Virus record (IMG/VR): IMGVR_UViG_3300033405_000003 | DNA: 64,000 nucleotides | Reading direction: 5' to 3' (one strand) | Origin: a virus | Taxonomy: Duplodnaviria > Caudoviricetes | Part shown: in pieces, positions 1 through 11,025 of the stretch | Position numbering within the stretch: the first letter of the stretch is position 1 | Layout of the letters: every line of letters starts with the position of its first letter | Translations under genes and position numbers: made by a program | Notes under the pieces: model-generated | Database searches by the model: none | Told to the model about the DNA's origin: nothing | Seen by the model: only the letters and a program-made list of their open reading frames with translations

Positions 1-397
1 TGAGCGGCAACCTCGACACGAACCAGGCCGCGCGCTGCAACCTCCACGACTGGCCCATCCCGTGCTGGGCGTGCCAGGTCGCGTCCAAGACCGGCGCGGC
101 CGGCGCCCCCCTGAGGAGGATGCCTCGGGCATCACCATCGGTCGCCGGGCTGCGCGCGCGAGCGATCCTCGCGGAGGAGATGAGCCACTACCAGCACATC
201 GATGCAGTCGCCCGGCTCATGATGCGCGCGAACGTGGACGAGGTCATCGGCGCGCTCCCCGAGCCCTTCCGGTCGCGGTTCATCGAGCACGGGATCACGC
301 ACTGGATCCCGCGCGGCGAGCGGCTCGTAATCGGGATCCCGCTCCCGGACGAGGCCATCGAGGCGTTCCGCGAGTGGTTCAAGAGGCGAACGTAAAG

Positions 398-649
398 ATG
401 AAGAAGACGTACCAGGCGCACGTCTCGACGCCGGAGGAGGACGCGACGCTCGCCGAGCTGCGCGAGGGGCTGCAGGCGTGGCTCAAGGCGTCCGCCGACA
501 AGGGGATCGAGCACGGCCTCGTGCTCGCGGCGCTCATGCTCTTCTCGGCGAGCGGCGCCGCGGCGACGGACGTCTCGAGGGAGGCCTTCGTCGACCTGAT
601 GGGGAAATACTTCGACGTCTACCGCGAGAATTTTAAGACGCTGTCGTGA
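398..649 (+). CDS. hypothetical protein
   Basis: ATG after upstream stop, high GC3, GTGA overlap with next gene. Confidence 0.6.
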   Translation: MKKTYQAHVSTPEEDATLAELREGLQAWLKASADKGIEHGLVLAALMLFSASGAAATDVSREAFVDLMGKYFDVYRENFKTLS

Positions 650-1728
650 CGGACGAAGCGGACAAGCCCGAGGGCGGGGACAAACCCCAGCCGATCTACG
701 CGCCGGAGGAGCAGATGCTCATCCCCGGCTACAAGAAGTACGTCAGCGTCCGGCCGAAGGACTGGCGCAAGTGGGAGGACGGCCGCGGCAACAAGATCGA
801 CGGGCCCGGCTACAGGGGCGCGCAGTTCACGGGCAAGATCGTGCCGCCGCTCACCGACAGCCACGGCCACCCCTACAAGGAGGACTCGCTCCAGATCGTC
901 CGCGACGCGCGAGGCGTCTTCAAGATCATCGACTGGTCGCTCCCCGTCGACAAGACCGCGCCGGCGGGGACGAGCGACGGCTTCGAGGAGGAACCGCGCA
1001 CGGCCCCGCTCATGGGGCGCCCCGTCTACGAGACGCGTCACTCGCTCGAGCGCGCGAAGCTCGCGATGAGCATCCTCGCCCGGAGAGCCCGCGACAGGAA
1101 GGCGGGCCTGCCCGACGACCCGGCGCAGTGCAAGGACCTCGCGGGCAAGCCCATCTTCGTCGGCAAGCTCGTCCTCGCGCGCCACGCGCGCGGGCGCTTC
1201 GCGGGCCACTACGCCATCATCGACACGACGTGCGACGTCGCGGCGCCCGGGTACCGGTTCGTGCTGAAGAAGGGCGCGACGCTCAAGGACGCCGTGCGCG
1301 CGCTCGCGGACATGGCGAAGAAGCACAAGCCCGCGGCTCAGAAGACGCGGAAAACGTTCGTCGCGGCCGGCGGCCCGATCGCGTTCTCCGTGCCCGACGG
1401 GCTCGGGTTCGGCGGCGGCGGGGGCGACCGCGAGTGCCCGACGCCGGACAGCCTGAGCTGGGACGTCACCGTCGACATCTACGCGCGGACGGGCAAGTGG
1501 TGCACGACGGCGATGCTCATCTGGGCGGGTGCCTACCCCGCCGAACTCGTCGAGCAGTGCGAGAACTACCGTCAGGAGTTCCTCGAAGACCCGTCGAAGT
1601 TCTACGACTACCCTGACGAGACGACGAATGACGATTATCGAGAAATGGTCGAGTCGCACGCGGCGGCGCGCGCGATCCTCGAGCACTTCGAGGGGTCGCG
1701 CGTGGTGGACCTCCCTCCCGAAGACTGA
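646..1728 (+). CDS. hypothetical protein (360 aa)
   Basis: long ORF with phage-like codon bias. Confidence 0.75.
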   Translation: MTDEADKPEGGDKPQPIYAPEEQMLIPGYKKYVSVRPKDWRKWEDGRGNKIDGPGYRGAQFTGKIVPPLTDSHGHPYKEDSLQIVRDARGVFKIIDWSLPVDKTAPAGTSDGFEEEPRTAPLMGRPVYETRHSLERAKLAMSILARRARDRKAGLPDDPAQCKDLAGKPIFVGKLVLARHARGRFAGHYAIIDTTCDVAAPGYRFVLKKGATLKDAVRALADMAKKHKPAAQKTRKTFVAAGGPIAFSVPDGLGFGGGGGDRECPTPDSLSWDVTVDIYARTGKWCTTAMLIWAGAYPAELVEQCENYRQEFLEDPSKFYDYPDETTNDDYREMVESHAAARAILEHFEGSRVVDLPPED

Positions 1729-1755
1729 CCGTCATATTGCCGTCAAAATAGGGGG

Positions 1756-1791
1756 TTGCTAATTCGTAGCATCGTTGCTACGCTGTCTCCC
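1756..1791 (+). promoter_or_regulatory. sigma70-like promoter with overlapping palindromic operator, leaderless start
   Basis: TTGCTA-17-TACGCT-7-ATG(1792); palindrome CGTAGCA-tcgt-TGCTACG at 1765-1782. Confidence 0.65.
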
Positions 1792-1959
1792 ATGGCAAGG
1801 ACGTACATGCTCCGCGTCAAGATGACGGCGGACGAGGAGAAGCGGTTCAGGGCACTCGCGGACGAACGAAGCCTGAGCTTCTCGTCGTACGTGCGCATGA
1901 TCCTGCAAGAGAAATACACCGAGAAGAAGGAACGCCGCGCCCAGGCGCCCAAGCGTTAG
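1792..1959 (+). CDS. ribbon-helix-helix DNA-binding protein
   Basis: TYMLRVKMT..EEKRFRALA...SLSFSSYVRMIL strand-helix-helix pattern. Confidence 0.7.
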   Translation: MARTYMLRVKMTADEEKRFRALADERSLSFSSYVRMILQEKYTEKKERRAQAPKR

Positions 1960-1974
1960 ATCCCCCGAGAAACC

Positions 1975-3636
1975 ATGGCCATGACCAAACCCTCCGTCGA
2001 AGCCAGCCGGCTCGCCACCGTCCAGCGGGCGGCGAAGTACGTCCTGTCGATGGACGCCGCCCTCGCCCAAGGCAAGGGTGACGTTGCGTTCGGATCCATG
2101 GACGTCTTCCCGCCCGACCTCGACCCAGCGCCGAGGGCGAGCCCGGAATACACATGGAGGTGGCAGCTCGCCTGGGTGTGGGCCCGCGCCGGGTTCTTCA
2201 AGGAGACGATGACGGGCGCGGGGATCAACAAGCACCGCGAGTACATCCTCTTGCCGAAGGGGCGCGCGGCGCTCGCGCGCATCGCGGCCGAGCCCGTGCT
2301 CGCGAGCTTCTACGTGTCCTCCAAGAGGACGGCCGCGAGCAAGGACGAGAGGCCCCCGAGCTACTTTCAGCCCCCCGAGCTTGTGCCCCTGATGTACGAG
2401 CCGCCGCCCCCGCCGCTCCGCCTCGTGAAGGAAGACGAGCCAGGCGAGGCGAGCGAGCCGGAAGAGGAAGCCCCCGAGGAGGAAGCCACGAACGAGCCCG
2501 CGCCCGAGGACGGCGGCCTCAAGGACCTCCCCGTCTTCCTCGAGCGCATCACGCTCGTGCTCGAGAGCTTCGGCGAGCGCCTCGCGGGCGTGTCCAAGCT
2601 CGGCGCGCGCATCGACAAGATCGAGGACGAGGTCAAGGGCCAGGGCGAGTACCTGCTCGGGATCCTCCAGTCCCTGCAGAACATCGAGGAGGGGCTCAAG
2701 CCTGCCCCCGCGCCCGCGCCCGCGGAGGCGCCCGCGACGCGCGAGGACCTCGCGAGGGTCGCCGGCGAGATGACGGAGGCCTTCATCCGCGACAATCCTC
2801 AAAATTCGACCATTACCGCGCTCGGAGCGCGCGTCGCCGAGCACGCCGAGGCCCAGGACAAGGTCGCCCGCGAGGTGGCGGGCCTCGCGGCGCTCGTGAA
2901 GGAGAAGATCTCGAAGCCCTACGTCGAGGCCGCGCTCCGCGACGCGATCTCGACCGAGATCGCCGCCGTCTTCCTGAAGGAGCTGCCGAAGAGCGTCGTC
3001 TCGCTTGTGAGAACCGCGGTGTCCGAGGAGATCGGCCACGGCGTCGATCCCGTCGTCCAGGCCATCGTCCTCGCGGAGGGCACGATCAAGGGCAGCCTCA
3101 AGGAGGACCGCGAGGCGCTCGAGGCGCGCCTCGCCGCGCTCCTGCCGAAGAAAACCCTCGAGAAGCTCGAGAAGGCGGTCCTCGGGTCGTGCGCCGAGAT
3201 CCGCGACGAGCTTTCGGAGATCGGCGGCGCGGCAGCAGACCTCTCGGACAACCTCGAGAAGATCAACGCAAACTTCGTTGAAGGCGGCAAGGAGTTCCGG
3301 CGTCAGGGCGACGAGATCGTCGAGGTCACCAAGAGGAACATCGACACGATCCAGTCGACGACCGACGCCGCCCGCGCCGTGCTCGACGCGGCGAACGCGG
3401 TCGCCAAGGAGATGATCTTCATGGCGCGCGCCCGGGCGACGGACGCCGGCATCCCCTTCGAGACCGCGCTCGAGATCGGCAACTCCATCATCCGGAGCAT
3501 CGCCGCCGCGAGCGACAAGCTCGGCTCGAGTGCGGCCACGTCGCTCGGCGGCGGCCTCATCCGGCCCATCCCGAACGACGAACTCCGCCCGGTCATCCTC
3601 CCCCGGGACGAGGACGAGGAAGGGGGAGCGAAGTGA
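1975..3636 (+). CDS. coiled-coil hypothetical protein (553 aa)
   Basis: long ORF, acidic linker, helical C-terminal half. Confidence 0.75.
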   Translation: MAMTKPSVEASRLATVQRAAKYVLSMDAALAQGKGDVAFGSMDVFPPDLDPAPRASPEYTWRWQLAWVWARAGFFKETMTGAGINKHREYILLPKGRAALARIAAEPVLASFYVSSKRTAASKDERPPSYFQPPELVPLMYEPPPPPLRLVKEDEPGEASEPEEEAPEEEATNEPAPEDGGLKDLPVFLERITLVLESFGERLAGVSKLGARIDKIEDEVKGQGEYLLGILQSLQNIEEGLKPAPAPAPAEAPATREDLARVAGEMTEAFIRDNPQNSTITALGARVAEHAEAQDKVAREVAGLAALVKEKISKPYVEAALRDAISTEIAAVFLKELPKSVVSLVRTAVSEEIGHGVDPVVQAIVLAEGTIKGSLKEDREALEARLAALLPKKTLEKLEKAVLGSCAEIRDELSEIGGAAADLSDNLEKINANFVEGGKEFRRQGDEIVEVTKRNIDTIQSTTDAARAVLDAANAVAKEMIFMARARATDAGIPFETALEIGNSIIRSIAAASDKLGSSAATSLGGGLIRPIPNDELRPVILPRDEDEEGGAK

Positions 3637-4586
3637 TGACTTCGACTCTCCCGCCGAGCCCGCCGAGCCCGCCGAGCCCCACCGAGGGGACCCCCGCGAC
3701 GGCCATGGAGAAGCTCGCCTTCGCGGAGCGCGAGGAATACGAGGCCCTCACGCCGGAGGACCGCAAAGCCTTCCACAACATGGCGGACTTCATCCACTAC
3801 AAGTACCCGGACCGCTCGACGCGCGCCGTCGTCATCCGAAGCAAGTTCCGCCTCCAGGGCAACAACTCCGACCGGTTCTGGCAGCGCATCGAGGGCGGCA
3901 TGTCGCTCACGACCGCGTGGAAGCTCCTCCGGTCGTGCGAGAAGATCTGGCTCGCGAACACCATCAAGTCCCGGACCTGGGACGACGTCGTGACGGACGT
4001 CTTCGACTGTTACGACAAGAAGGGCGTGGCCCGCAGCATCAACGGAAGGACGTACCGGTCCTCGAGTCCCAAGGCCCGCGCGGAGCGCATCGCGAAAGGC
4101 GAGGAATCGGCGCGCGGCCGGCGGCTCGGCAGGGGCGAGGGCGCCCTCTCGAGGCACCGCACCGTCGTGCGCGAGGCCATCGCGGCCTGGGTCGCGGCCC
4201 GGATGCCGAAGGGCGACCCGCGCGCCAAGGCGTGGACGAGCGAGTTCATGCGCGAGATCGAAGTCGTGCTCGAGAGCTTCACGCAGCGGTTCTCGACGGC
4301 CAAGCCCCGGCGCGACGATCTTTTCGCCGCGTGCGCCCTGCTCAACATCCCCCGGCCCCGCTGGGGCCAGCCCGCCGACCAGAAACGCGCGTGGAAGAAC
4401 CGCAAGGCGGCGCTCGCGTCCACGCACCCCGACAGGCTCGGCACCAACGACGGCGTCGACGCGTTCCAAGCCATCAACGACGCGTACAACGTCGTCGTCG
4501 CCTACAACGACAGCCTCGCGGCAGCGAGCGCCCCCGCCTCCTCGGACGAGGAGGATCAGCAACCGAACAAGAAAGAGAGCCCCTGA
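3633..4586 (+). CDS. protein with C-terminal J-domain
   Basis: THPDR followed by DAFQAINDAYNVV. Confidence 0.7.
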   Translation: MMTSTLPPSPPSPPSPTEGTPATAMEKLAFAEREEYEALTPEDRKAFHNMADFIHYKYPDRSTRAVVIRSKFRLQGNNSDRFWQRIEGGMSLTTAWKLLRSCEKIWLANTIKSRTWDDVVTDVFDCYDKKGVARSINGRTYRSSSPKARAERIAKGEESARGRRLGRGEGALSRHRTVVREAIAAWVAARMPKGDPRAKAWTSEFMREIEVVLESFTQRFSTAKPRRDDLFAACALLNIPRPRWGQPADQKRAWKNRKAALASTHPDRLGTNDGVDAFQAINDAYNVVVAYNDSLAAASAPASSDEEDQQPNKKESP

Positions 4587-5119
4587 TGTCCCGCCCCCGT
4601 CTCGATGTGATGAACGTTCTTGAGCAGTGGGAGCCCGATCGCAAGAAGGGCCTCGCGGCGAACGCCGCGAACCTGCTCGACTTCGCCGCGCGCAAGAAGC
4701 CCAAGGAGCCGATCTCGTGGTCCTGGGTCACGAAATGCGTCGTCGGCGGCAAGATGCACCACCCCGACAGCAAGATCGTCGTCGACATGAGGGCCCGGTG
4801 CTCGGCCATCCGGCGCTTCCTCGGCCGGGACTACAACCGCGGCCTCGTCTCCGTGCGCGGCCTCGGCGTCCGCGCCACGACCGACTCGGACGACTACGCG
4901 AACACGCAGCTCCGCAAGGACGCGACGACGTACGAGACCGCCCGCCAGCGCCTCGTCACCTCGCGCGCGCGCGTCGACACCAAGACGATGAAGAACAAGG
5001 AGCTGAAGGCGTGGGCCGAGGACGTCTCGAAGGTCCTCACGGCGCACAACGACCGGCTCGCGCGTCTCCTCCTGCCGCCGGGCGAGGAGGGTAAGGAAGA
5101 CGAAGAGGGCAAGCGCTAA
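4586..5119 (+). CDS. hypothetical protein
   Basis: TGATG coupling to upstream gene, codon bias. Confidence 0.7.
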   Translation: MSRPRLDVMNVLEQWEPDRKKGLAANAANLLDFAARKKPKEPISWSWVTKCVVGGKMHHPDSKIVVDMRARCSAIRRFLGRDYNRGLVSVRGLGVRATTDSDDYANTQLRKDATTYETARQRLVTSRARVDTKTMKNKELKAWAEDVSKVLTAHNDRLARLLLPPGEEGKEDEEGKR

Positions 5120-5183
5120 TGCGCGCGCCCAGGTTGTTTTCCTCTAATGATGTGATTACTCAGGACAGCCGAAGGAAGAGATC

Positions 5184-5600
5184 ATGAACGAGACGAACGA
5201 ACCGAGCACCCCGAGCCTTCCCTACGCGAAGGGGTCGGAGACGAGCAAGGCCGCGGCCAAGTCCATGGAGAAGATCGCGCCGAGCGACGAGATGCGCGTC
5301 CACGCGTTCTTCATGAAGCGGGGCGACCTCGGCGCGACCGACAAGGAGATCGAGGAGGCGCTCGCGATGAGCCACGAGAGCGCGAGCGCGAGGCGCAATG
5401 CGCTCATGCTCAAAGGCGTGGTCAAGGACAGCGGCAGCACGCGCCTGACGCCCTCGAAGCGCAAGGCTACGGTCTGGGTCCTCGGCAGCGGCGCCGCCGC
5501 GTCCAGAGCAGCGAATGGAGGAAATGTCGGGGCCAGAGATAAAGCTCGATTGCTACTTCTGCGACGCGATGCGGCTCTTCGAAGAGATCAAAGAGCATGA
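5184..5600 (+). CDS. winged-helix DNA-binding protein (phage type)
   Basis: GATDKEIEEALAMSHESASARRNALMLKGVV...RKATVW. Confidence 0.65.
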   Translation: MNETNEPSTPSLPYAKGSETSKAAAKSMEKIAPSDEMRVHAFFMKRGDLGATDKEIEEALAMSHESASARRNALMLKGVVKDSGSTRLTPSKRKATVWVLGSGAAASRAANGGNVGARDKARLLLLRRDAALRRDQRA

Positions 5601-5798
5601 ACATGGTGCTGGTGAAGTGTGTGAGGAGTGCCTCTCGGGCCTTGCTGTGGACGCGTTTGCTGGCGGGGCAGCAGCCGCGCACGGGAGAATGCCGTCGCCG
5701 CTCCCGCTTTGCGAAATGCACCGCGGCTATTTGGTTCCGAAGCTCACCGCGATCGGTCTAAAGGTTCCAGGGGTCCCGGGGATTGAGGATCATTCCGA

Positions 5799-6245
5799 AT
5801 GACCCGCATGAGCGATGCTCGCAGCCAAAGGCGCTTCGAGGAGAAGATGCAGAAGAAGGCCGAGAAGCGCCGCCCCGTGAGCGTCGCGTTCAGCGTGGGG
5901 TTCCAGCAGTTCGAGGACGGCCACCACCGCGTGGGCCTCTTCTACGGCGAGGGCGAGCCGACGGACGACACCCTCGTCTCCTCGATGCCCATCCGCGGCG
6001 ACCTCACGCGCGAGCGCAAGGAGGACATCGTCTGCAAGTTCATGACGCTCGCCGCGGCCTGCATCACGTCGCCGGACGAACGCGCGACGGTGTTCCACCC
6101 GAGCCAGATGAGGCGCGTCCTGTCGGCCGATGCGGGCGACACTGATGCCGCCCCCGCGAAGCCGAACAAAGTCGTGGAGACCGACCTCTGGGCGGACCTC
6201 CTGGGCAAGCGGAGCGAAGACGAAGACGACGGCAAGGACGAGTAA
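5799..6245 (+). CDS. hypothetical protein
   Basis: ORF with RBS-like GAGG and codon bias. Confidence 0.65.
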   Translation: MTRMSDARSQRRFEEKMQKKAEKRRPVSVAFSVGFQQFEDGHHRVGLFYGEGEPTDDTLVSSMPIRGDLTRERKEDIVCKFMTLAAACITSPDERATVFHPSQMRRVLSADAGDTDAAPAKPNKVVETDLWADLLGKRSEDEDDGKDE

Positions 6246-6255
6246 GGAGAGAGAC

Positions 6256-6492
6256 ATGTCATCAAGGACCATCGGAACGTGCTCGATCTGCGGGGGCCGA
6301 GTGTCGGTGCCCGACCACTGGATGGGAATCCACCCGCCCATCCCGACGTGCGACTCGTGCGGCGCGCACATGAAGCAGCCGCACGGGCCCGTCGTCCCGA
6401 TGGAGAAGCCGGGCGGGACGGAAGGGTTGAAGCTCGGCCGCTGCTCGGGCGACCGCTGGATGATGGGACCGCCCCGGGCGCGGTGGGACTGA
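6256..6492 (+). CDS. small Zn-ribbon protein
   Basis: AAGGAG RBS; CSIC...CDSC. Confidence 0.55.
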   Translation: MSSRTIGTCSICGGRVSVPDHWMGIHPPIPTCDSCGAHMKQPHGPVVPMEKPGGTEGLKLGRCSGDRWMMGPPRARWD

Positions 6493-7686
6493 CCTCGATG
6501 GCGACGAGCAGCCCGAGCCCGAAGGCCGTGGAGGCCGTGGAGAGGATCGTGGACGACCTCACGAACCGGCGCGGCCTTCGCCAGGAGTGGGAGAACATCG
6601 ACGAGGAGATCCAGGCCGAGATCAAGCTGGGCTGGGCCAAGGAGATCGACTCGATCTTCTTCAGGTTGCCATGAAGAACGACGTGAACGACCCGACCGAG
6701 AAGGAGCTGGAGGCCGCGTACGCGGAGCAGTTCCCGCGGTGCCGCATCGGCCCGGCCGAGCGCCTCTTCTTGACGTTCATCCTCGTCGCGAGGTCGCGCG
6801 GGGTCGGCTACGGGTGGATGCGCCAGGCGATCGGCATCGCGTGGAAGCTCGCGGACCCGGTCGGGTACATCGACGACGATCGCATCATCGAGCTGCATCG
6901 CAAGGATCGGCCATGAGCACCTGCGTCTTCTGCCTCAAGCACCGCGGGGACCCGACGCCGTGGGTGGCCGATAACCCCGGCGACGGGTGCACGTACGGAA
7001 TGAAGCACGAGTTCCCCGAGCCGGAGAAACCCAAGCAGCAGGCCCCGAAGCGCGACGCGAGCTTGTGCACCAAGTGTGGCCTGCACGCGAAGAACCCCGC
7101 GTCGCAGAAGAACGGCTGCGAGCACGAGTACCCGGCGAAGGAAGAGTCGTGATGGGCGAGCGCGGCACGCTCTGGGTCCGGTACCTCGGCTCGAGGGTCG
7201 TCCACCGCGCGGACGTGTTCCCCATCCCGACGGACGGGGTGCCGGCACGCGTCGCGAAGCTCAGGGCCCGCGGCGACGTCGCCCAGATCTGGTACGTGCC
7301 GGGGCTCGCGTGGGCCAAGGACGCGCACGAGGAATGGAACATCAGCAAGAAGGACGGAACAACATGATCGACGGCAAAGTGTTCGCCATCAACAGGGCGC
7401 GCGACAGGGCGGCGGCGGAATCGCGCCGCCAAGGGGAAACCTCGAGCCTTTCCTCGGAGATCGCGGTCCTGAGATCCCAGCTCTCCATGGAGGCCGCCGC
7501 GGCGCGCGCGGACAGGGTCGCGCTCAAGACGGAGAACGCCTTGCTCCGCCAGCTCCTCTCCGACGTGCTGGGGTCCATCGAGACCGCTTCCCCCGGCGAC
7601 CTCGCCTCGTGGCGCGAGAGGATGAACGCGATCCCGAACGGGGAGAAAGCGCGGCCCAAGAAGCGCCGGCGCGCGAAAGGCGGCCC

Positions 7687-8133
7687 ATGAAGCTCCCGTA
7701 CGCCGTCGTCTACGTCGACCGCGGGCTCGCGGGGGACGGGCTCGCCCACTACTTGAACCTGCAGTGGAAAGACGGGTGGGACTACGTCGCGCACCTCGCG
7801 GGCACCGGACCGAAGCAAGGCATCCTCATGAAGAAGCGCGACGTGCCGGGTCTCGGCAAGATCTACCTCTCGCTCATGTCGCTCTGGGACGGCAAGAACC
7901 TCACGGAGAGCGAACTTTTCGCGAGCTTCACGCGGATCCTGTCGGACGACCCGTCGGAGCTTGCGAACGTGCGCGCGATGCTCGGGCGCGATACCGAGGT
8001 GAAGGAGCATTTCGAGGAGTGGCTCCGGGGCCTCGTGAAGGATCGGCCCGCGATCCGGATGTCGAGCGGCTCGCCAGTCGCGGTCTCGGACGAGCTTCTC
8101 GAGGTCCTCGCGAAAGAGAAAAAGGGGCGATGA
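7687..8133 (+). CDS. hypothetical protein
   Basis: ATGA-coupled ORF. Confidence 0.6.
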   Translation: MKLPYAVVYVDRGLAGDGLAHYLNLQWKDGWDYVAHLAGTGPKQGILMKKRDVPGLGKIYLSLMSLWDGKNLTESELFASFTRILSDDPSELANVRAMLGRDTEVKEHFEEWLRGLVKDRPAIRMSSGSPVAVSDELLEVLAKEKKGR

Positions 8134-8302
8134 TGGTGCACTACAGCATGAAGAACTCAGCCGGCACCAACTACGTCGTCATCGGGATCATTGGGTTCAT
8201 TGGGCGCCGCGTCGTGAACCCTCCGATCGCCCAAGAGAAGCCGCCGGAACCGCACGGCGTCGAAGCCGGGTACCGCGTCAACGCCCGCGTGGAGAGGCGC
8301 TG

Positions 8303-8638
8303 ATGCACAACCTCAGCATGGCGCAAGCGCTCTCGATCTGGACCGCGTACCACGGCAAGAACGCTTTCGGCGGCGACACCGCCGAGATCTACATCTACAA
8401 GCTCATGCCCTACGAGCCCCTCGTCGCGAGCGTCGTCGGGGTGCTCCACGAGAGCCCCACCGCCAGGGAGGCGTCAGCCTGGGCGTACGACCGGGCGAAC
8501 ACGAGCCTCCACGCGCTCCTCACGCACTTCTCGAAGACGCGCGACGCGCGCGTCGAGGTCGATGGCCACGAACTCGGCGAGTGGCTCAAGGGCGCGCGCT
8601 TCGACCACCGCGTCCGCGTGAGGGTCGTGCCGCGATGA
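8303..8638 (+). CDS. hypothetical protein
   Basis: TGATG-coupled ORF. Confidence 0.65.
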   Translation: MHNLSMAQALSIWTAYHGKNAFGGDTAEIYIYKLMPYEPLVASVVGVLHESPTAREASAWAYDRANTSLHALLTHFSKTRDARVEVDGHELGEWLKGARFDHRVRVRVVPR

Positions 8639-8942
8639 GCGTGTACTTTTACGCCGTCTGCGACGTCTGCCGCCTCGTCTGCCCGTCGACGACGAGCCAC
8701 GGCGGCGAGTGCGCCGCCGGCGAGGGACTCATTCACCCGTTCATCGCCAGCCACGTCTACTGCCGGAGCAGTCTCTCGCCCTCCCGCGCGCGGCTCCCGG
8801 GCGACGGGTTCCCCTCGTCCGTCCGAATCGTCGACGAGAGTTCGTGGGAGCGCGAGCAGGCCGTCACGGAGAAGGACGGCTGGCGCATGGTGCGCGCCCT
8901 CGCGGACACGGAGCAGCGCGAACCCCGGCCCTGGGAGGCGTG

Positions 8943-9665
8943 ATGACGACGAGAGTGAACGAAGAAGACGCGATCGACCAGTTGATCCTCGAGACCGAGG
9001 ACTACCTCGGCCGGGTGCTCGCGCCGGGCAGCGCGACCCTCGATCTCCTCCGGAGGCTAGCCGCTGGCACGCGCATCCTCGTGAACAAGCTCTCCGAGAG
9101 CGAGGCGCTCATCCGGGAGGCGCGCATCGCCTGCCCGCTCTGCCGCGGCAAGGGTTACTGGAGCACCGACGTCTACAAGAACCGGCCGTGCCACTGCAAG
9201 GCGGGCGAGATGTTCGCGTCGCTCACGAAGCCTGCGGTCCGCGTCGGCGTCGCGGTCATCCTCCGGCGCGGCGACCGCGTGCTCATGGGCCTCAGGAAGG
9301 GCAGCCACGGCGCCGGCACGTGGTCCTTCCCCGGCGGCCACCTCGAGCCGGGCGAGACCGTCTTCGAGTGCGCGTCGCGCGAGCTGCGCGAGGAGACCGG
9401 CATCGACGTCGAGCCGAGGCGCTTCCGCAAGTCGACGTATACGAACGACGTCTTTCAGGCCGAGGGCAAGCACTACGTCACCGTCTACGTCGAGGGGTGG
9501 CGGCCCCCGTGGCCCGGCGACCCCGCCCTCGACCCGACCCCCGAGCCGAAGATCCTCGAGCCCGAGAAATGCGCGGAGTGGCGCTGGCAGGGCTCGCCGC
9601 CCTCGCCGCTCTTTCTCCCGATCGAGAACCTCCTCAAGGACGGCTTCCGCGTCTGGCCGCCTTGA
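8943..9665 (+). CDS. Nudix hydrolase (MutT/NUDT15-like) with N-terminal Cys-rich extension
   Basis: Nudix box GGHLEPGETVFECASRELREETG; VGVAVIL; EPEKCAEWRW. Confidence 0.9.
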   Translation: MTTRVNEEDAIDQLILETEDYLGRVLAPGSATLDLLRRLAAGTRILVNKLSESEALIREARIACPLCRGKGYWSTDVYKNRPCHCKAGEMFASLTKPAVRVGVAVILRRGDRVLMGLRKGSHGAGTWSFPGGHLEPGETVFECASRELREETGIDVEPRRFRKSTYTNDVFQAEGKHYVTVYVEGWRPPWPGDPALDPTPEPKILEPEKCAEWRWQGSPPSPLFLPIENLLKDGFRVWPP

Positions 9666-9705
9666 CGCGAGCGTGACGGCAATCTAACGGTACTGAAGGG
9701 AACGC

Positions 9706-10884
9706 ATGAAGGAAGAGTTCTTCGCCCCCGAGAACGAGGTCCCCGGATCGCGGCGCGAGCACCTCTCGCCGTCGGGGCATTACAAGCTCGTCGTGTCGAG
9801 CTTCAGCACGAAGGCCGGGTCCTGGAACTACGCGCAGGGCCTGGTCCTCAGGCGCAGGCCTGACCCCGGCGGCGCCAAGCTGGAGATCAAACTCGTGGTC
9901 GACGAGCCCGTGTGGGACGTCGTCGCCACCGTCCAGCGCAACTACAGCGCGTTCCCGTTCCTCTTCGTCGAGGATCACCCGATGGGCGACTTCCTCGTCT
10001 GCGGCCACGACTACCAGGGGCAGACGGTCGTGTACCTTCGGACGGGCGCGCGCAAGGACGTGCTCTCGCCGGGCACCGAGGACGGGTTCGGCTTTTGCTG
10101 GTCCGAATACCGCTACGACCCGAGGTCCGAGATCCTCGTCGTGTGCGGGTGCCACTGGGCGTGCCCGTACGAGTTCCGCCTCTACGACTTCTCGGACCCG
10201 ATGGCCGGGTGGCCGGAGATCACGATCGAGGGCGACGACGGCTCGCCGCTCGGCGGCATCGGCATGTTCGAGGACGCGAGATGGCCGACGCTCGCGGAGG
10301 ACGGGACGATCCGCTTTTACCAGACCGGGGACGAGGGCGACGACGCGAACGGCAACGACCACGCGGCGCAGCTCCTGCCCGCGCACGCGACGAGCGACGC
10401 GGGCGTGCTCGCGCACACGACGTTCAGGCGGAAGGGGGCGACGCAGCTCGTCCCGCTCGGCGAATGGGTCTCCGACAAGGAGAAGCAGCACCGCGCGGCC
10501 CGCGAGGAGGCCGAGCGCAAGTTCGAGGCGTGGAGGGAGGAGTTCAAGAAGAGCGACCCGCTCTACCTCGTTTGTGAGCGGCTCGCGTCCGATCCCGCGC
10601 TGTCGCCCGAGGAGCACATGAGTCTCGGCTGGGTGTACGACGGATGGTGCCCTGACTACAGGTCCGAGGGCGAAAAGGAGCGGCGGGCGTGCCGGCGCAT
10701 CGTTCAGCGCCCGGGGGACAAGGGGCTCACCATCGTCCTCGAGTGGGCCGTCGACGCCGGGCCCATCAAGCTCGTGGTCTTCCGGGACGGCGACCACGCG
10801 CTCGACCAGTTCTTCGAGCACTCCGCGGCGGGCATGGAGGAGGCATTCGCCCGTGCGAAGGACCTCGTGAGGGGCGCGGCGTGA
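9706..10884 (+). CDS. hypothetical protein (392 aa)
   Basis: long ORF, RBS, codon bias. Confidence 0.75.
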   Translation: MKEEFFAPENEVPGSRREHLSPSGHYKLVVSSFSTKAGSWNYAQGLVLRRRPDPGGAKLEIKLVVDEPVWDVVATVQRNYSAFPFLFVEDHPMGDFLVCGHDYQGQTVVYLRTGARKDVLSPGTEDGFGFCWSEYRYDPRSEILVVCGCHWACPYEFRLYDFSDPMAGWPEITIEGDDGSPLGGIGMFEDARWPTLAEDGTIRFYQTGDEGDDANGNDHAAQLLPAHATSDAGVLAHTTFRRKGATQLVPLGEWVSDKEKQHRAAREEAERKFEAWREEFKKSDPLYLVCERLASDPALSPEEHMSLGWVYDGWCPDYRSEGEKERRACRRIVQRPGDKGLTIVLEWAVDAGPIKLVVFRDGDHALDQFFEHSAAGMEEAFARAKDLVRGAA

Positions 10885-11025
10885 CCTGGTTCTTGGACGC
10901 GAGGGAGCTGGAGCGCGCGATGCCGATCATGGCGTTCGCCCGCGACCCGCGGCGCCAGTACATCGTCTATCCTTTCCTCGGGTTCGCGAGGTGGCCGAGG
11001 GTGTTCTGGTGAGGGAGAAATACGC

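Noticed and set aside
3650-3680. 9-bp tandem repeat CCGCCGAGC
   Set aside because: Simply encodes a Pro-Pro-Ser linker.
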